A stretch of 64,000 bases of DNA from Calditrichia bacterium (GCA_050633245.1 JBOEGD010000011.1:160001-224000), one strand, 5' to 3'; positions 19,654 through 30,847 are shown, counted from the first letter of the stretch. The notes: generated from the sequence alone by a model not told the origin. Program-made: numbers and translations.

Positions 19654-20323
19654 GTAGCTGTTTTAGAACCGGCGCAAGATACGTCCATACATTCTCTGCC
19701 ACCAGCTTATGCCCCTCGGCTGTAGGGTGAATTTGGTCGGGTAGGTTTAATTCTGGAACTCCACCAACGCCTTCTAAAAGAAATGGAATTAACGTCACGC
19801 TATTTGCTTTTGCGATGCCCGGATAAATTTTGCGAAACTTTGCAGCATAGTCATCACCCATATTGGGGGGGACTTCCATACCTGCTAAAACAATTGTCAT
19901 ATCAGGATGTTTTTTGCGCGCCTTGTCGATTATTCCCTGCAGGTTCTTTTCTGTCAGATCTACGGGAATACCGCGAAGACCGTCATTGCCACCGAGTTCA
20001 ATAACCAGAACATCGACTTTCTGTTTTAGCAGCCAGTTAATTCGACGTAGTCCGCCAGAGGTCGTCTCGCCACTTAATCCGGCGTTAACCACTTTGAAAG
20101 CCCAGTCCAATGAGTCAATTTTAGCCTCGATCCGTGCGGGGAATGCTTCCTGCGGATCTAAACCATACCCGGCGCTCAAACTATTACCTAAAAATAAAAT
20201 TGTGCGAAGTTCTGTATCATCATCGCTGTTTGAATCATCTGAATAAATGAATTGCAGCGGTGCAATTATTCCAGTGGCAATGAGCAATATCAAAAGTGAA
20301 AACGTCTTGAAATTAGTTATCAT
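19640..20323 (-). CDS. tesA: SGNH arylesterase / acyl-CoA thioesterase I (TesA-like)
   Basis: GNSLSAGYG, NAGLSGETT, ELGGNDGLRG, DQIHP; divergent from the ybbA/ybbP-like pair. Confidence 0.88.
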   Translation of the reverse strand: MITNFKTFSLLILLIATGIIAPLQFIYSDDSNSDDDTELRTILFLGNSLSAGYGLDPQEAFPARIEAKIDSLDWAFKVVNAGLSGETTSGGLRRINWLLKQKVDVLVIELGGNDGLRGIPVDLTEKNLQGIIDKARKKHPDMTIVLAGMEVPPNMGDDYAAKFRKIYPGIAKANSVTLIPFLLEGVGGVPELNLPDQIHPTAEGHKLVAENVWTYLAPVLKQLLGEN

Positions 20324-20419
20324 AATTATACCTTTCCAATCGAAACATCGTCGGCTTCATCTCGTTAGATGGTTGACAATGTAATAAGGTTCCAAACAAA
20401 AATTGAAAAGATTATTCAA

Positions 20420-21127
20420 ATGATAGAAAAACCAATCTTAGAAGTTGTGGATTTAACCCGAAGTTTTACCTCGGGCTCCCGTCATTTAACCGTTTTAAAA
20501 GGCGTAAACTTTTCTATTGAAGCGGGAACGACAAATGCAATAATTGGTCAATCCGGCAGCGGTAAAACAACCCTGCTTGGCCTTTGTGCAGGACTGGATA
20601 GACCGTCTTCAGGCACTGTTGCAATTAACGGGCAGCGGCTGGATCCGCTAAGCGAAGACGAACGTGCTGCCGTGCGAAATAAAGAAGTCGGTTTTGTTTT
20701 TCAGAATTTTCAGCTTATCCCAACGCTAACAGCACTGGAAAATATTATGGTGCCGCTTGAGTTGCGTGGCGAACACAATATTCAACCTCGCGCTGAAGAA
20801 TTGTTGAATCGTGTGGGATTGGCCAAGCGTTTTGACCACTATCCCATACAGCTTTCCGGTGGTGAGCAGCAACGTGTTGCGTTTGCTCGAGCCTTTATAA
20901 ATGACCCGACTATCTTGTTTGCCGATGAACCAACGGGAAACCTGGATGCGGAGACCAGTGATAATATTGAAAATCTGCTGTTCGATTTGAATCGGGAAAA
21001 AGGGACAACCCTGGTTCTGGTAACTCATGATCCCGGTCTTGCTGAACGAACCGGACGTGTGATCCGGCTACACGGTGGAGAAGTTCTCTCTGATGTGAAA
21101 AATGAATCCATTACGACAACGGTTTAA
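20420..21127 (+). CDS. ybbA: ABC transporter ATP-binding protein (YbbA/LolD-like)
   Basis: GQSGSGKTT, LSGGEQQR, FADEPTGNLD. Confidence 0.88.
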   Translation: MIEKPILEVVDLTRSFTSGSRHLTVLKGVNFSIEAGTTNAIIGQSGSGKTTLLGLCAGLDRPSSGTVAINGQRLDPLSEDERAAVRNKEVGFVFQNFQLIPTLTALENIMVPLELRGEHNIQPRAEELLNRVGLAKRFDHYPIQLSGGEQQRVAFARAFINDPTILFADEPTGNLDAETSDNIENLLFDLNREKGTTLVLVTHDPGLAERTGRVIRLHGGEVLSDVKNESITTTV

Positions 21128-21132
21128 AACAT

Positions 21133-23697
21133 ATGAATAACCAAGATAAAGTAACTAAAAGGCCTCTGTTTTTTGATGGCTGGTTGTGGAAAATGGCGTG
21201 GCGCGATAGCAGACAAAATCGTAGTCGTCTCTTTCTCTTTATGTCTGCAATTATCATCGGTGTCGCAGCACTTGTGGCTATCAGTTCGTTCGGCGATAAC
21301 CTGAAACAAGCGGTTCAAGATCAGGCAAAGTCTATCCTCGGTGCCGATTTATTGATGCGCTCACGGCAAGCCTTTACCGAACCCGGGAAAGCTATGCTGG
21401 ACTCTATCGGTGGGCAACAGAGCTATGAAACGGCTTTTGCATCAATGGCCTTTTTTCCGAAAAACCAAAATAGCAGACTTGTACAAATTCGCGGATTGGG
21501 TGATGGATTTCCGTTCTATGGCGAGATTGAAACCACACCTGCGACTGCAGCCTCTGCTTTTAGGGATGGTCGTGGAGCGCTTGTTGATCAATCTTTGCTG
21601 CTACAGTACGATCTTCAGGTTGGAGACTCTGTAAGAATTGGCGCAAGTCTTTTCGCTATCGTCGGTAGATTGGATAAAGTGCCGGGACAGAATGAGGCGG
21701 CAGCTGCTATTGCTCCAAGAGTATACATTCCACTGAATGAGGTCGAAAAGACCAATCTGATTCGTTTTGGCAGCCGCGTTTTTTATAACGTCTATTTCAA
21801 GTTTGATAATAATTATGATGTTTCCGGCATGTTGGATGCCGTTGACGAAAAGCTGCATGAAGAAAACATAACCGCCGTTACGGCAGATCAGAGAAGTCGC
21901 TCGCTCGGCAATGTAATGAATAATCTTTATGGCTTTCTGAACCTGGTTGCATTTACGGCATTGCTTTTGGGTGGAATTGGTGTTGCCAGTTCAGTGCATG
22001 TCTATATTAGGCAGAAGTTGGCATCGGTTGCTGTCTTGCGCTGTGTTGGCGCTAGTATAGCGCAAACCTTCTCGATCTATTTGATTCAAACCGGCGTTAT
22101 GGGATTGATTGGTGCGATTCTTGGCGCGGCACTGGGCGTTGCAATTCAGCTCTTTCTACCCCAGCTTTTTAGTGATTTCCTGGTAGTCGATCTTGAGTTT
22201 ACCGTTTCCTGGCCAGCTATTTTGAAAGGCTTGGTTGTTGGATTCGGCATGACGCTGTTGTTTGCCTTGCTTCCGTTGCTTGCGGTGCGCAACGTTTCAC
22301 CCTTAATGGCGCTTCGAGCATCATTTGAGGAAAAGTCTGCGGTGCGAGATATTCCTCGTTTGCTGACACTGGCCGTATTGGGGTTTAGCACCTGGTTATT
22401 TGCCGTTTATCAAACCGGAAGCGGCTTGCGCGGAACGTTTTTTACCGTCGGTGTTTTTGCTGCATTTCTAATACTTGCAGGAGTCGCTAAACTATTGATT
22501 TGGGCGGTGCGCCGCTTTTTCCCTGGTGGATTTCGCTATGAGCTGCGTCAGAGCCTGGCAAATCTTTATCGCCCAAATAACCAAACACTAATTCTTGTTA
22601 CTGCAATTGGATTAGGCGCTTTTCAAATTACAACGCTCTATCTAACGCAGAACTCCCTGCTCAATCAGGTGACTACCGTTGACGCTGAGGGACAACCCAA
22701 TATGATTCTCTTCGACATCCAGGTCGATCAACAAGAAGCGATTGAGGAGATCGTGCGGCAAAATGATCTTCCCGTGATGCAGAGTGTTCCGATTGTAACA
22801 ATGCGTCTGGCCAGTGTTAAAGGACAAAGCGTGCAGGATATTCGGGGAGACAGTACGAGTACGGTTCCGAACTGGGCATTGGTTCGGGAATACCGGTCCA
22901 CATATCGCGATTCGCTAAATGATACTGAAGAGATTATCGCCGGATCCTGGCAGGGACGAATCGATCCCGTTGCCGGCCCGATTCCGGTATCTCTGGATGA
23001 AGGAATTGCTGAAAACCTTGGTGTAACACTTGGTGATAGCCTGGGTATCAATGTGCAGGGCGTAGTAATGGATGTTGTTGTTGGAAGCCTGCGCAAGGTA
23101 AATTGGCAGCGGGTTCAACCAAATTTCCTGATTCTCTTTCCGAGTGGTATTCTGGAAGACGCACCACAGATCTATGTTGTTGTCACAAGAACCCCGACGG
23201 CGGAAGCATCAGCTAAACTCCAGCGTGAGGTGATTTCCGGGTATCCGAACGTCTCTGCTGTCGATACAACTTTGATTGTGCACACTGTTCGTTCAATCCT
23301 CGATCGTATTTCGTTCATTATTCGCTTCATGGCACTTTTTAGCATCTTAACCGGGCTTATTGTGTTGATGGCAGCCGTAATTACAACTCGTTTCCAAAGA
23401 GCGCGTGAAAGTGTGCTGCTGCGAACGCTCGGTGCAAGAACCTCGCAAATTCGATCGATCATAGGCATGGAATATATCTTTCTGGGATGTCTTTCTGCCC
23501 TCACCGGTATTCTGCTGGCGATGATCTCCACCTGGATACTTTCTTACTATGTCTTTGATGTGGTGTTTGTCCCGGACTTTACCGGTATGCTGCTGATCGG
23601 TGCCGGAATTGCACTTCTTACCGGTGGCCTAGGCATTGCGAACTCCAGAGGAATAGCTACCCGTTCCCCACTTGAAATTTTACGCGCAGAGGGCTAA
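21133..23697 (+). CDS. ybbP: ABC transporter permease, FtsX-like (YbbP family)
   Basis: Duplicated FtsX/MacB architecture; 'MAWRDSR', 'FPFYGEI', 'LFDIQ', 'LRKVNW..VQPNF'. Confidence 0.85.
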   Translation: MNNQDKVTKRPLFFDGWLWKMAWRDSRQNRSRLFLFMSAIIIGVAALVAISSFGDNLKQAVQDQAKSILGADLLMRSRQAFTEPGKAMLDSIGGQQSYETAFASMAFFPKNQNSRLVQIRGLGDGFPFYGEIETTPATAASAFRDGRGALVDQSLLLQYDLQVGDSVRIGASLFAIVGRLDKVPGQNEAAAAIAPRVYIPLNEVEKTNLIRFGSRVFYNVYFKFDNNYDVSGMLDAVDEKLHEENITAVTADQRSRSLGNVMNNLYGFLNLVAFTALLLGGIGVASSVHVYIRQKLASVAVLRCVGASIAQTFSIYLIQTGVMGLIGAILGAALGVAIQLFLPQLFSDFLVVDLEFTVSWPAILKGLVVGFGMTLLFALLPLLAVRNVSPLMALRASFEEKSAVRDIPRLLTLAVLGFSTWLFAVYQTGSGLRGTFFTVGVFAAFLILAGVAKLLIWAVRRFFPGGFRYELRQSLANLYRPNNQTLILVTAIGLGAFQITTLYLTQNSLLNQVTTVDAEGQPNMILFDIQVDQQEAIEEIVRQNDLPVMQSVPIVTMRLASVKGQSVQDIRGDSTSTVPNWALVREYRSTYRDSLNDTEEIIAGSWQGRIDPVAGPIPVSLDEGIAENLGVTLGDSLGINVQGVVMDVVVGSLRKVNWQRVQPNFLILFPSGILEDAPQIYVVVTRTPTAEASAKLQREVISGYPNVSAVDTTLIVHTVRSILDRISFIIRFMALFSILTGLIVLMAAVITTRFQRARESVLLRTLGARTSQIRSIIGMEYIFLGCLSALTGILLAMISTWILSYYVFDVVFVPDFTGMLLIGAGIALLTGGLGIANSRGIATRSPLEILRAEG

Positions 23698-23766
23698 CTG
23701 CGAAGAATGTGACTTTGCCTTCTTTCTTGTGTCTAAGTTAGTAATCATAAACAAGAAGGGAGGCAT

Positions 23767-24327
23767 ATGTTGTTTTTACAACAACTGGCAAGTGTGGTGG
23801 CAATTATTGGTCTGCTGGCAGGGTTTCGTGTCTTTTCCCCTGAGAGAGGCCCGGTACCAGAAACATATTTAGCAGATCAGATAATCTTTGCTTTGGATGA
23901 AGGCGCTGCGCTGATAAAAGAAGCGAAGCGAGAGGATGCAGATATTTTAGCACCGCACCACTTCAACAATGCAATGGTGGCCTATAATGAAGCGCGCATT
24001 TTACATTCGAGAAGATTAAGTTCTCCCGCGATAATGCAAAAAGCTACCGCAACAGTTGCTAAATTTAACATGGCAATCAGATATGCGCGTATGAATAAGA
24101 AGTCAATGGAAAAAGCGATAAAGCTCAGGCGAACGGCAGGCATGCTTCCTGCGGATGATGGGCTTGTTGAGCTTTGGCATGAGGCTGAGCTGCATTTTCA
24201 GGAAGCTGCGTCGGAATATGAAAATGATCGCCCTGCCAGTGGGAAAAGAGCCACAGCAAATGCCGTGAATATCTATAAAGAACTGCTTAAACGAGCTGCC
24301 GATCTAAACGAATTACCGAAGGCATAA
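23767..24327 (+). CDS. Hypothetical helical secreted/membrane-anchored protein (DUF4398-like)
   Basis: GGAGG RBS, N-terminal hydrophobic segment, 'EAKREDADILAP..F..A..AY.EA' motif. Confidence 0.55.
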   Translation: MLFLQQLASVVAIIGLLAGFRVFSPERGPVPETYLADQIIFALDEGAALIKEAKREDADILAPHHFNNAMVAYNEARILHSRRLSSPAIMQKATATVAKFNMAIRYARMNKKSMEKAIKLRRTAGMLPADDGLVELWHEAELHFQEAASEYENDRPASGKRATANAVNIYKELLKRAADLNELPKA

Positions 24328-24414
24328 CTATAAGTCGGTTGCCCCGGGCCTCACGGTTGAATCCTCCCCTCAATTGTATTACTTTATAACTGCACCTAAT
24401 GCGGGATACTATCT

Positions 24415-25308
24415 TTGCTTCCACTTAATCGATCGTTTGCTTTTTTTGTTAATCCTGTCTCCAGAGACGGCTACACGTTTCGTCAATTTCAAATCGCCAT
24501 CAAGAAAATTCCTGTTTTACTCGAGGCGTCTAAAATTTATCAGACCTCAACAGTAGACAATATGCTTGTTGAGCTCTCGTCGCTTCCAATCTCGACTGTC
24601 GCTGTCGCCGTTGGTGGAGATGGCACGGTTAACATGCTTGCGCAGGTGATTTTAAAAGAAGGCAAAGGCCGTGTAATGGGGGTTGTGCCTTTCGGAACGG
24701 GCAATGCTGTAGCGCATCAACTTGGTGCAAGTAGCAGAAAAAGGGCATTTGAAATTTTGATAAGTGGACAGCCGCTTGCGCTAGATGTTATGAAGACAAA
24801 TCATCCCGATGCTCCGTTGGCGCTCATTTCGTTTAGTTGTGGCTTTGAGGCAACTCTGCTTTATCATTATGCAAGAGGGAGAAAGACAAATCGTCGTATT
24901 GCAGGAGCGAATGCCTTTCTCAGGACGCTCGGTAAGGCCAACCGGCATGTCGTTTTGAAACTGGATGATGAATCTGTATTGAACGAAGATAACTTTTTCT
25001 ACAATGCCGGGTTGTATGTTATAAAGAAATATGCTTATGGCATCAACATGAATATTGAAGCGCAATTAGATGATGGTTTAGCAGAATTTCTTGTTCACAA
25101 GACCGCGCTTAGTTATTGGCGGGATCTTCTCGGAGCCGGCGCTTTCGGCAAGCCGGGAAAGCGCGAGCCAATTCAACGCTGGAAAAATGCCATTTTTCAT
25201 GCACCTGACGGTTTGCAGTGTGATGGAGAATCGATTTCTGGTGGTACTGTTGAGCTGGAGGTGCTGCCAGAGGCATTAACTTTTCTTGAGGAGAAAGATG
25301 ATGAATAG
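24415..25308 (+). CDS. Diacylglycerol/lipid kinase family protein
   Basis: 'VNPVS', 'VGGDGT', 'PFGTGN', 'LDDG', 'QCDGE'. Confidence 0.82.
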   Translation: MLPLNRSFAFFVNPVSRDGYTFRQFQIAIKKIPVLLEASKIYQTSTVDNMLVELSSLPISTVAVAVGGDGTVNMLAQVILKEGKGRVMGVVPFGTGNAVAHQLGASSRKRAFEILISGQPLALDVMKTNHPDAPLALISFSCGFEATLLYHYARGRKTNRRIAGANAFLRTLGKANRHVVLKLDDESVLNEDNFFYNAGLYVIKKYAYGINMNIEAQLDDGLAEFLVHKTALSYWRDLLGAGAFGKPGKREPIQRWKNAIFHAPDGLQCDGESISGGTVELEVLPEALTFLEEKDDE

Positions 25309-26062
25309 AGCCGGATGGGATTTAACAGGAAAACGCGCCGTCGTAACCGGTGGCTCAAGTGGAATAGGCAAAGCGATTGCGCTTGAATTGTTGTCATTTG
25401 GAGCGCATGTATTAATTGTTGCCCGAGGGCAGGAAAAGTTGAGCGCAGCACGCGAAGAGTTACTCCAAATGTCTGAACACGTGGAGGTCCTTTCGGCTGA
25501 TCTTGCTACGGAAGAAGGGCGACAAAAAGTCGTTGGTGCCAGCGAAAAGGGCTGCGACATTCTTATCAATAATGTTGGCACAAATATTCGAAAAGGCCTG
25601 GAAGACTATACCGATGAAGAAATTGACTCAATTTTTAGCATAAATCTTTTTTCCACGATAGACCTGTGTCGAAAGTTTTATTCGCTCTTAAAAAATTCCG
25701 AGGCTGCAAGCATCGTAAATATAGGTTCGGTCGCCGGACACACCCACATCCGAACGGGATCTCCCTATGGCATGACAAAGGCTGCACTCGAGCAGCTTAC
25801 CAGAAATCTTTCTGCGGAATGGGCAGCAGATGGAATTCGCATTAATCTGGTTGCCCCGTGGTATATCAATACGCCGCTGGTACAGCCTGTTCTAGCAAAA
25901 GAGGATTATCTGCGGGATGTCTTGAGGCGAACCCCGATGAATCGTATTGGTAAGCCGGAAGAAGTAGGTGGAGTTGCCGCATTCTTATGTCTGCCAATCG
26001 CAGGATATATTACCGGACAGACGATCTCGGTAGATGGCGGGTTTAGCGTTTATGGTTTTTGA
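25298..26062 (+). CDS. Short-chain dehydrogenase/reductase, tropinone-reductase-like
   Basis: [30 protein letters not shown], 'VAPWYI.TPL'. Confidence 0.9.
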   Translation: MMNRAGWDLTGKRAVVTGGSSGIGKAIALELLSFGAHVLIVARGQEKLSAAREELLQMSEHVEVLSADLATEEGRQKVVGASEKGCDILINNVGTNIRKGLEDYTDEEIDSIFSINLFSTIDLCRKFYSLLKNSEAASIVNIGSVAGHTHIRTGSPYGMTKAALEQLTRNLSAEWAADGIRINLVAPWYINTPLVQPVLAKEDYLRDVLRRTPMNRIGKPEEVGGVAAFLCLPIAGYITGQTISVDGGFSVYGF

Positions 26063-26065
26063 CAG

Positions 26066-26100
26066 GAAAAAGAAAAGCCGCCGAACAGATGCTCGGCGGC
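26066..26100 (-). terminator. Intrinsic terminator between convergent SDR and abgT
   Basis: GCCGCCGA-N8-TCGGCGGC stem (26077-26100) with a T-rich tail on the minus strand. Confidence 0.7.
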
Positions 26101-26108
26101 CAAAGTAT

Positions 26109-27662
26109 TTACGGATAAACGTAGGAAGCGTCGAATCCTAATGGAATACCGAGCACTAACCAGTATATCAATAAGAAGATCGTCCAAATAATCAGGAAGA
26201 CGATTGAGTAAGGAAGCATGATTGAAACCAGCGTACCGATTCCGGTGTTCTTCACGTAACGCTGACAATAAACTACAACCAGCGGGAAATACGGCATCAA
26301 TGGCGTGATTATGTTTGTCGAGGAATCTCCAACACGATAGGCTGCCTGGGTCAGATCCGGTGAAATTCCAAGCTCCATTAGCATCGGAACAAAAATAGGG
26401 CTGAGCATTGCCCATTTTGCGGAAGCTGAACCAACGAACAGATTGACAAATCCTGTCAGGAATACAATCCCAACAATTGTAACGCTACTTGGCAGTGCGA
26501 GTGCCTTTAAGGCCGTAGCTCCTTTGATTGCCAGTAGAGCACCAATGTTTGAACTTGCAAACGCATTGATAAACAGGGCACAGAAAAAAGCCATTACGAT
26601 GTAGTAACTCATATCCGTCATAGCTTTTGTCATCGAGTCTATCATGTCTTTGGACTTTTTAAACGTGCCTGCCACAAATCCATAGATCGCTCCGGGAATA
26701 AAAAAGAGCAGAAAAATAAGCGGTACGATAGACTGCATTAGCGGGGCGCGAAAGTTTTCCCATTGTCCCTGATACCGCATCGGTGAATCTTCCGGAAGAG
26801 TTACCAGGACCAGAACTACGATTCCAGCTAACATTGCCGTTGTGGCTGCCCAAAAAGCCTTCATGTCCCGGGCATCCATGCTTTCTAAGTCAGTAGGTTC
26901 TTCCACGTCTGAGTCAACAGGGTTGGATGAGAGACGCGGTTCGATGACCTTATCGGTCAGGAACCACCCTAATGCGATAATAAGAATGCTTGATATGGCC
27001 GTGAAGAAATAGTTGTTGAGGGGATTGAGAATCATCTCCGGATTCATGATTTGTGCCGCCGACTGTGTAAATCCCTGAAGTAGAGGATCAATTCCGGACG
27101 GGACAAAGTTTGCGCTGAATCCCCCGGAAACCCCGGCAAATGCTGCGGCTATTCCAGCAAGGGGGTGCCTGCCCGCAGCATAAAAGATAACGCCGCCAAG
27201 TGGTATTACTAAGACGTATCCGGCATCCGTTGCGGTGTGACTGACAATACCGACCAAAATAAGAACCGGTGTAAGAAGTGCAGCCGGAGTAAATTTTAGC
27301 AACAGCTTAATTCCCGTGTTGATATATCCGGAGTGCTCTGCAACGCCAACACCAAGCATCGCTACCAAGACCACACCAAGTGGTGCAAAACCGGTAAACG
27401 TTTTTACCATATTGGACAGGAACTCGGCTAGCTTCGATCCGGTAAGCAGGTTTACGATCTCAATGGGAGAGCCCGATCGTGGATCAATATCAGAAAACGT
27501 AAGGCCGGATAGCATTGCTGAAAGCGCCCAGACGACCAGAAGAAGGATGAGGAATAACAAGGCTGGATCGGGTAGCTTGTTCCCCACAAACTCAATGGTG
27601 TTTAGAAAGCGATCGACAAGGCTCGATTGACCGCCTTTTTTCGCATTATTGCTTTGGGACAT
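26109..27662 (-). CDS. abgT: AbgT family transporter (p-aminobenzoyl-glutamate transporter-like)
   Basis: 'GNKLPDP', 'GRHPLAGIAAAFAGVSGGFSAN', 'SASAKWA', 'YRVGDSSTNIITPLMPYF'. Confidence 0.92.
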   Translation of the reverse strand: MSQSNNAKKGGQSSLVDRFLNTIEFVGNKLPDPALLFLILLLVVWALSAMLSGLTFSDIDPRSGSPIEIVNLLTGSKLAEFLSNMVKTFTGFAPLGVVLVAMLGVGVAEHSGYINTGIKLLLKFTPAALLTPVLILVGIVSHTATDAGYVLVIPLGGVIFYAAGRHPLAGIAAAFAGVSGGFSANFVPSGIDPLLQGFTQSAAQIMNPEMILNPLNNYFFTAISSILIIALGWFLTDKVIEPRLSSNPVDSDVEEPTDLESMDARDMKAFWAATTAMLAGIVVLVLVTLPEDSPMRYQGQWENFRAPLMQSIVPLIFLLFFIPGAIYGFVAGTFKKSKDMIDSMTKAMTDMSYYIVMAFFCALFINAFASSNIGALLAIKGATALKALALPSSVTIVGIVFLTGFVNLFVGSASAKWAMLSPIFVPMLMELGISPDLTQAAYRVGDSSTNIITPLMPYFPLVVVYCQRYVKNTGIGTLVSIMLPYSIVFLIIWTIFLLIYWLVLGIPLGFDASYVYP

Positions 27663-27861
27663 GGAAAAACTCCATTTTTATTGTATTCAAGTTTCGGTTA
27701 GACCTTCGATGATACGCATTTTCAGTCTAAAAAAGAATAGAGCATGGAATTTTTCTGTTCAATAATTAGTGAAAGGAGCCTTTTCTTCGGTGGGGATGTC
27801 ACTTTCCACACGAGTGTGGATCAAAATACGCAGAAGCGTAGGTTGTTATTTGCCAAAAGGT

Positions 27862-28173
27862 CTATTGGGCATTCAAAACCGGATCGAGAAAGTGTCGTTC
27901 GTAGCTCAAAAAACATCGTGTTTTTTTGGCATAGGCTACGGCCTTCATACAGTCCGCATCAACTGCTGCGTCATTGCGATACGTTTCGTATTCCGCGAGT
28001 GAATTAAAAGTGAACAGTGCGACAGCCAAATCGGATTCGCTTTCCTTGGGTAGAAAATAGCCGTGGTGCACGCCGCCAAATTTTTCAACCAGCGGAATCC
28101 ACATTTCTGCATAGCGACGAAATTCATCGAGCTTGTACATATCGATCTTGTAGCGAAGAAAACAGGTGATCAT
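27862..28173 (-). CDS. NIPSNAP family protein
   Basis: 'MITCFLRY.ID..KL..F..YA..W..LV.KFGG.HHGYFLP.E'. Confidence 0.85.
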   Translation of the reverse strand: MITCFLRYKIDMYKLDEFRRYAEMWIPLVEKFGGVHHGYFLPKESESDLAVALFTFNSLAEYETYRNDAAVDADCMKAVAYAKKTRCFLSYERHFLDPVLNAQ

Positions 28174-28266
28174 ATTTTATGTTCCTGAATTTGAAATTTA
28201 TTCCCCAAGATATGGCTTTCTAATGAGCTTAGCATGAACATATTTCCAAAGGTGGTTTGGTGAAGT

Positions 28267-29490
28267 TTACTCTGGAATCTTGACGTTCTTCTTGAGAAGC
28301 TTATTTAGTTTTTTTGCTGAGGGAATTTCACGAAAGGTGAAACCGTTTTGTTGAAAATAAGATGATTCCTCAAGCTGTGGTGCAAGCTGCTTGTCTTTTG
28401 CCAGCTTGGTTGCCACGCCGATCAGTAAATTGAATTCACCGGCTTGTTCCAAGTTGTGCAGACGATCTATCAGCTGAGTTGAATGCCAGGCGTGAAAAAG
28501 TTCAAGGGCATAAAACTCTCCGCTACTATGAATAAACTCGTAGTCCGGGAAGCAGTAACGGTCACCTGGAAGTGGAAAAAAATCTTCGGCCGCGCGAATT
28601 TTCCAGTCCGACTTGATCGTATCAAATGCAGTTTGGAGCAAGCCTATTTCTTTAGGGATATAGTCCAGAAATCGACTTACATAGGGTTTCAATCCACTGG
28701 TGTGATCAATACTCAACCTGGAACTTTTGCGTCGTCCGATTTGAATGTGGGCTTCCAGCTTCCAGGCGGGTTGGGCAAGTACGGCAGGGAAAAACATTGC
28801 CAGACTTAACCCGTATTTCTTGGTCTGATAAAACAGGTTAAGCGGCCCATCGATGTGAATTTTATATCCACTGTCCGTTTTGCTAATGGATGCAAGCAGC
28901 TGCTGAAAACGTAAATACTTGAACAGCTGTCGCAGCGATCCGGTGCGCGATTGCGGCAACGTGATTTCCAGCTTGGACGAGTGAATTAACAGTCCCTGAA
29001 CCTGGGCGCAATTGTAGCGCTGCAATAATTTATCGGGGGTGATAGACTTAATTCTTTTAACGGTTTGCTGCGAAGGCAGGTCTCCGTACAGCTGTTGTCG
29101 AATAATTGTAATTGGAAGGTTAAGCTGTGTGCTGAGATGTGTAGTGTAGCTTTCCAGATTTAGATCGCTGTGCGAGCTTAGTAACTGTGACCCCGCCCTC
29201 AAGATCTCCTCCCGAAATTGGGGTAGTTCTGTGCCGGCTTCGCTGTCGAACTCAAGGCGATCCATGAGCAGTTTTTCAAACCCTCGAGCCACTAAATTTC
29301 CAACAGTTGAGTTCTCGCGAATGGCGGCGCTACGCTGCAAAACAGCCTCTCGGCTCGAGCCTGTTGAGGTTTTGAAGAGCTCGACTAACTGACCAGCGAG
29401 TTTGAGTAAGTTTGGATTCTCGGGGTTTACGAAGGTCGGAGAGATATTGCCCTTGCTGTTTTTATAGCGAATCAGGTCCTTTGTAAGCAC
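28267..29490 (-). CDS. DUF790 family (Bax1-like) nuclease
   Basis: Likely GTG start 'MLTKDLI'; 'LYGDL', 'LLQRYNCAQVQGLL', 'IDGPL.LF.QTKKYG', 'PDYEF...LELF' nuclease motif; overlaps the helicase stop. Confidence 0.82.
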   Translation of the reverse strand: MLTKDLIRYKNSKGNISPTFVNPENPNLLKLAGQLVELFKTSTGSSREAVLQRSAAIRENSTVGNLVARGFEKLLMDRLEFDSEAGTELPQFREEILRAGSQLLSSHSDLNLESYTTHLSTQLNLPITIIRQQLYGDLPSQQTVKRIKSITPDKLLQRYNCAQVQGLLIHSSKLEITLPQSRTGSLRQLFKYLRFQQLLASISKTDSGYKIHIDGPLNLFYQTKKYGLSLAMFFPAVLAQPAWKLEAHIQIGRRKSSRLSIDHTSGLKPYVSRFLDYIPKEIGLLQTAFDTIKSDWKIRAAEDFFPLPGDRYCFPDYEFIHSSGEFYALELFHAWHSTQLIDRLHNLEQAGEFNLLIGVATKLAKDKQLAPQLEESSYFQQNGFTFREIPSAKKLNKLLKKNVKIPE

Positions 29491-30847
29491 GGTGCTGCCT
29501 TCTGCGTTTGTTGACGAATTGCTCACCGGTTTTGTGTGAGATTAATTCGTAAAGCATTGCTTGTTTTTCGGGACGAGCTCTAAGAATCCTGCCAAGACGC
29601 TGCACATGTTCTCTTACGCTTCCGCTGCCCGATACGATAATGGCCACATTGGCTTCCGGTACATCTACGCCTTCGTTTAAAACCTTTGATGTAACTAAAA
29701 CGGAATAGCTGCCATCGCGAAAGTTGCTCAAAAATGCTTCTCGTTCTTTCACCTTGGTGTAATGCGTTAATACTGGCAAGATAAACTTCTTGCCGATGCG
29801 ATAGGCCATTTCATTGTCCTGCGTAAAGACGATGATTCGTTCTTTGCGATGCTTTACAAGAAGCTCCCATACGACATCGAGCTTAGCACTTGCGGCCTGG
29901 CTCAACTTTTTTTGAGTGAGATAGGCCTTGTATGCTCGACGTCCCTCCTTGCTGCGGCTGGATTTCCATAGAAATAGATTCCAGCCATTTGGTCCTGCCA
30001 TACTGATTTTTTCACGTTTGAGGAAGTCGATATAGGTTTGTCGCTCGCGGTCATATTCTTCACGCTCGTCCGGATTCATTTCAATCTGGATTGTTTCGAC
30101 CTCGTAAGGTGCCAACGTTCCGCCTGTCATTTCCCGAATGTCTGCCTGATAGCAAAGGTCACCTACCAGTTGATAGAGCAGTTCCTCTTTCCCGTCCGCA
30201 CGCTCTGGTGTTGCCGTCAATCCCAGACGAAAAGGTGCAATATTACTAAGAGCCGTGTATTGGAACTGTGCTCCGGGCAGATGATGGCATTCATCAAAAA
30301 TCACGAATCCGAAACGGTTTCCCTTACTTTGAACATGAAGTAATGCAGAGTCGTATGTCGCTACTGTGATATCATGAGTTTCATTATAGCCGCCACCCCA
30401 AAGACCAATGTCCCGTTTGAAATAGTGCGTTAATACCTCATGCCATTGCTGCATTAAATCGATCGTTGGAACGTGAACCAGCGTCGGTCTTCCAACCCGG
30501 GCCATCAGCATAACGGCAAGAATAGTCTTCCCTGCGCCGGTTGGTAGTGCAATCACGCCGAGCATATCATTATCCATCCAGGCCTGCAGCGCAATTTTCT
30601 GATGTTTGCGCGGTTCAATTTTGTTTTGAAGAGGCAAGTCGATAGTAGAATACCCCCGGGCCTGATCATCAACATCGGCTCCGAAATGATTGAGGCCCAG
30701 AATAATCTGGCGATATTCATGTGCCGGTGCTCTAAACTGACGCGTTCGGTTATCCCATTGGATGTTGTGCTTGCCTGAAAGCTCCTTTGGCGGATCGTTA
30801 AGAATCAACGTTCCTTTATCAAAAAAAAGAGTAGTTTTTTTGGTCAT
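29462..30847 (-). CDS. XPB/Rad25-like SF2 helicase
   Basis: LPTGAGKT, DECHH, GLTATPERADG, VLNEGVDVPEA, QRLGRILR. Confidence 0.9.
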   Translation of the reverse strand: MTKKTTLFFDKGTLILNDPPKELSGKHNIQWDNRTRQFRAPAHEYRQIILGLNHFGADVDDQARGYSTIDLPLQNKIEPRKHQKIALQAWMDNDMLGVIALPTGAGKTILAVMLMARVGRPTLVHVPTIDLMQQWHEVLTHYFKRDIGLWGGGYNETHDITVATYDSALLHVQSKGNRFGFVIFDECHHLPGAQFQYTALSNIAPFRLGLTATPERADGKEELLYQLVGDLCYQADIREMTGGTLAPYEVETIQIEMNPDEREEYDRERQTYIDFLKREKISMAGPNGWNLFLWKSSRSKEGRRAYKAYLTQKKLSQAASAKLDVVWELLVKHRKERIIVFTQDNEMAYRIGKKFILPVLTHYTKVKEREAFLSNFRDGSYSVLVTSKVLNEGVDVPEANVAIIVSGSGSVREHVQRLGRILRARPEKQAMLYELISHKTGEQFVNKRRRQHRAYKGPDSL

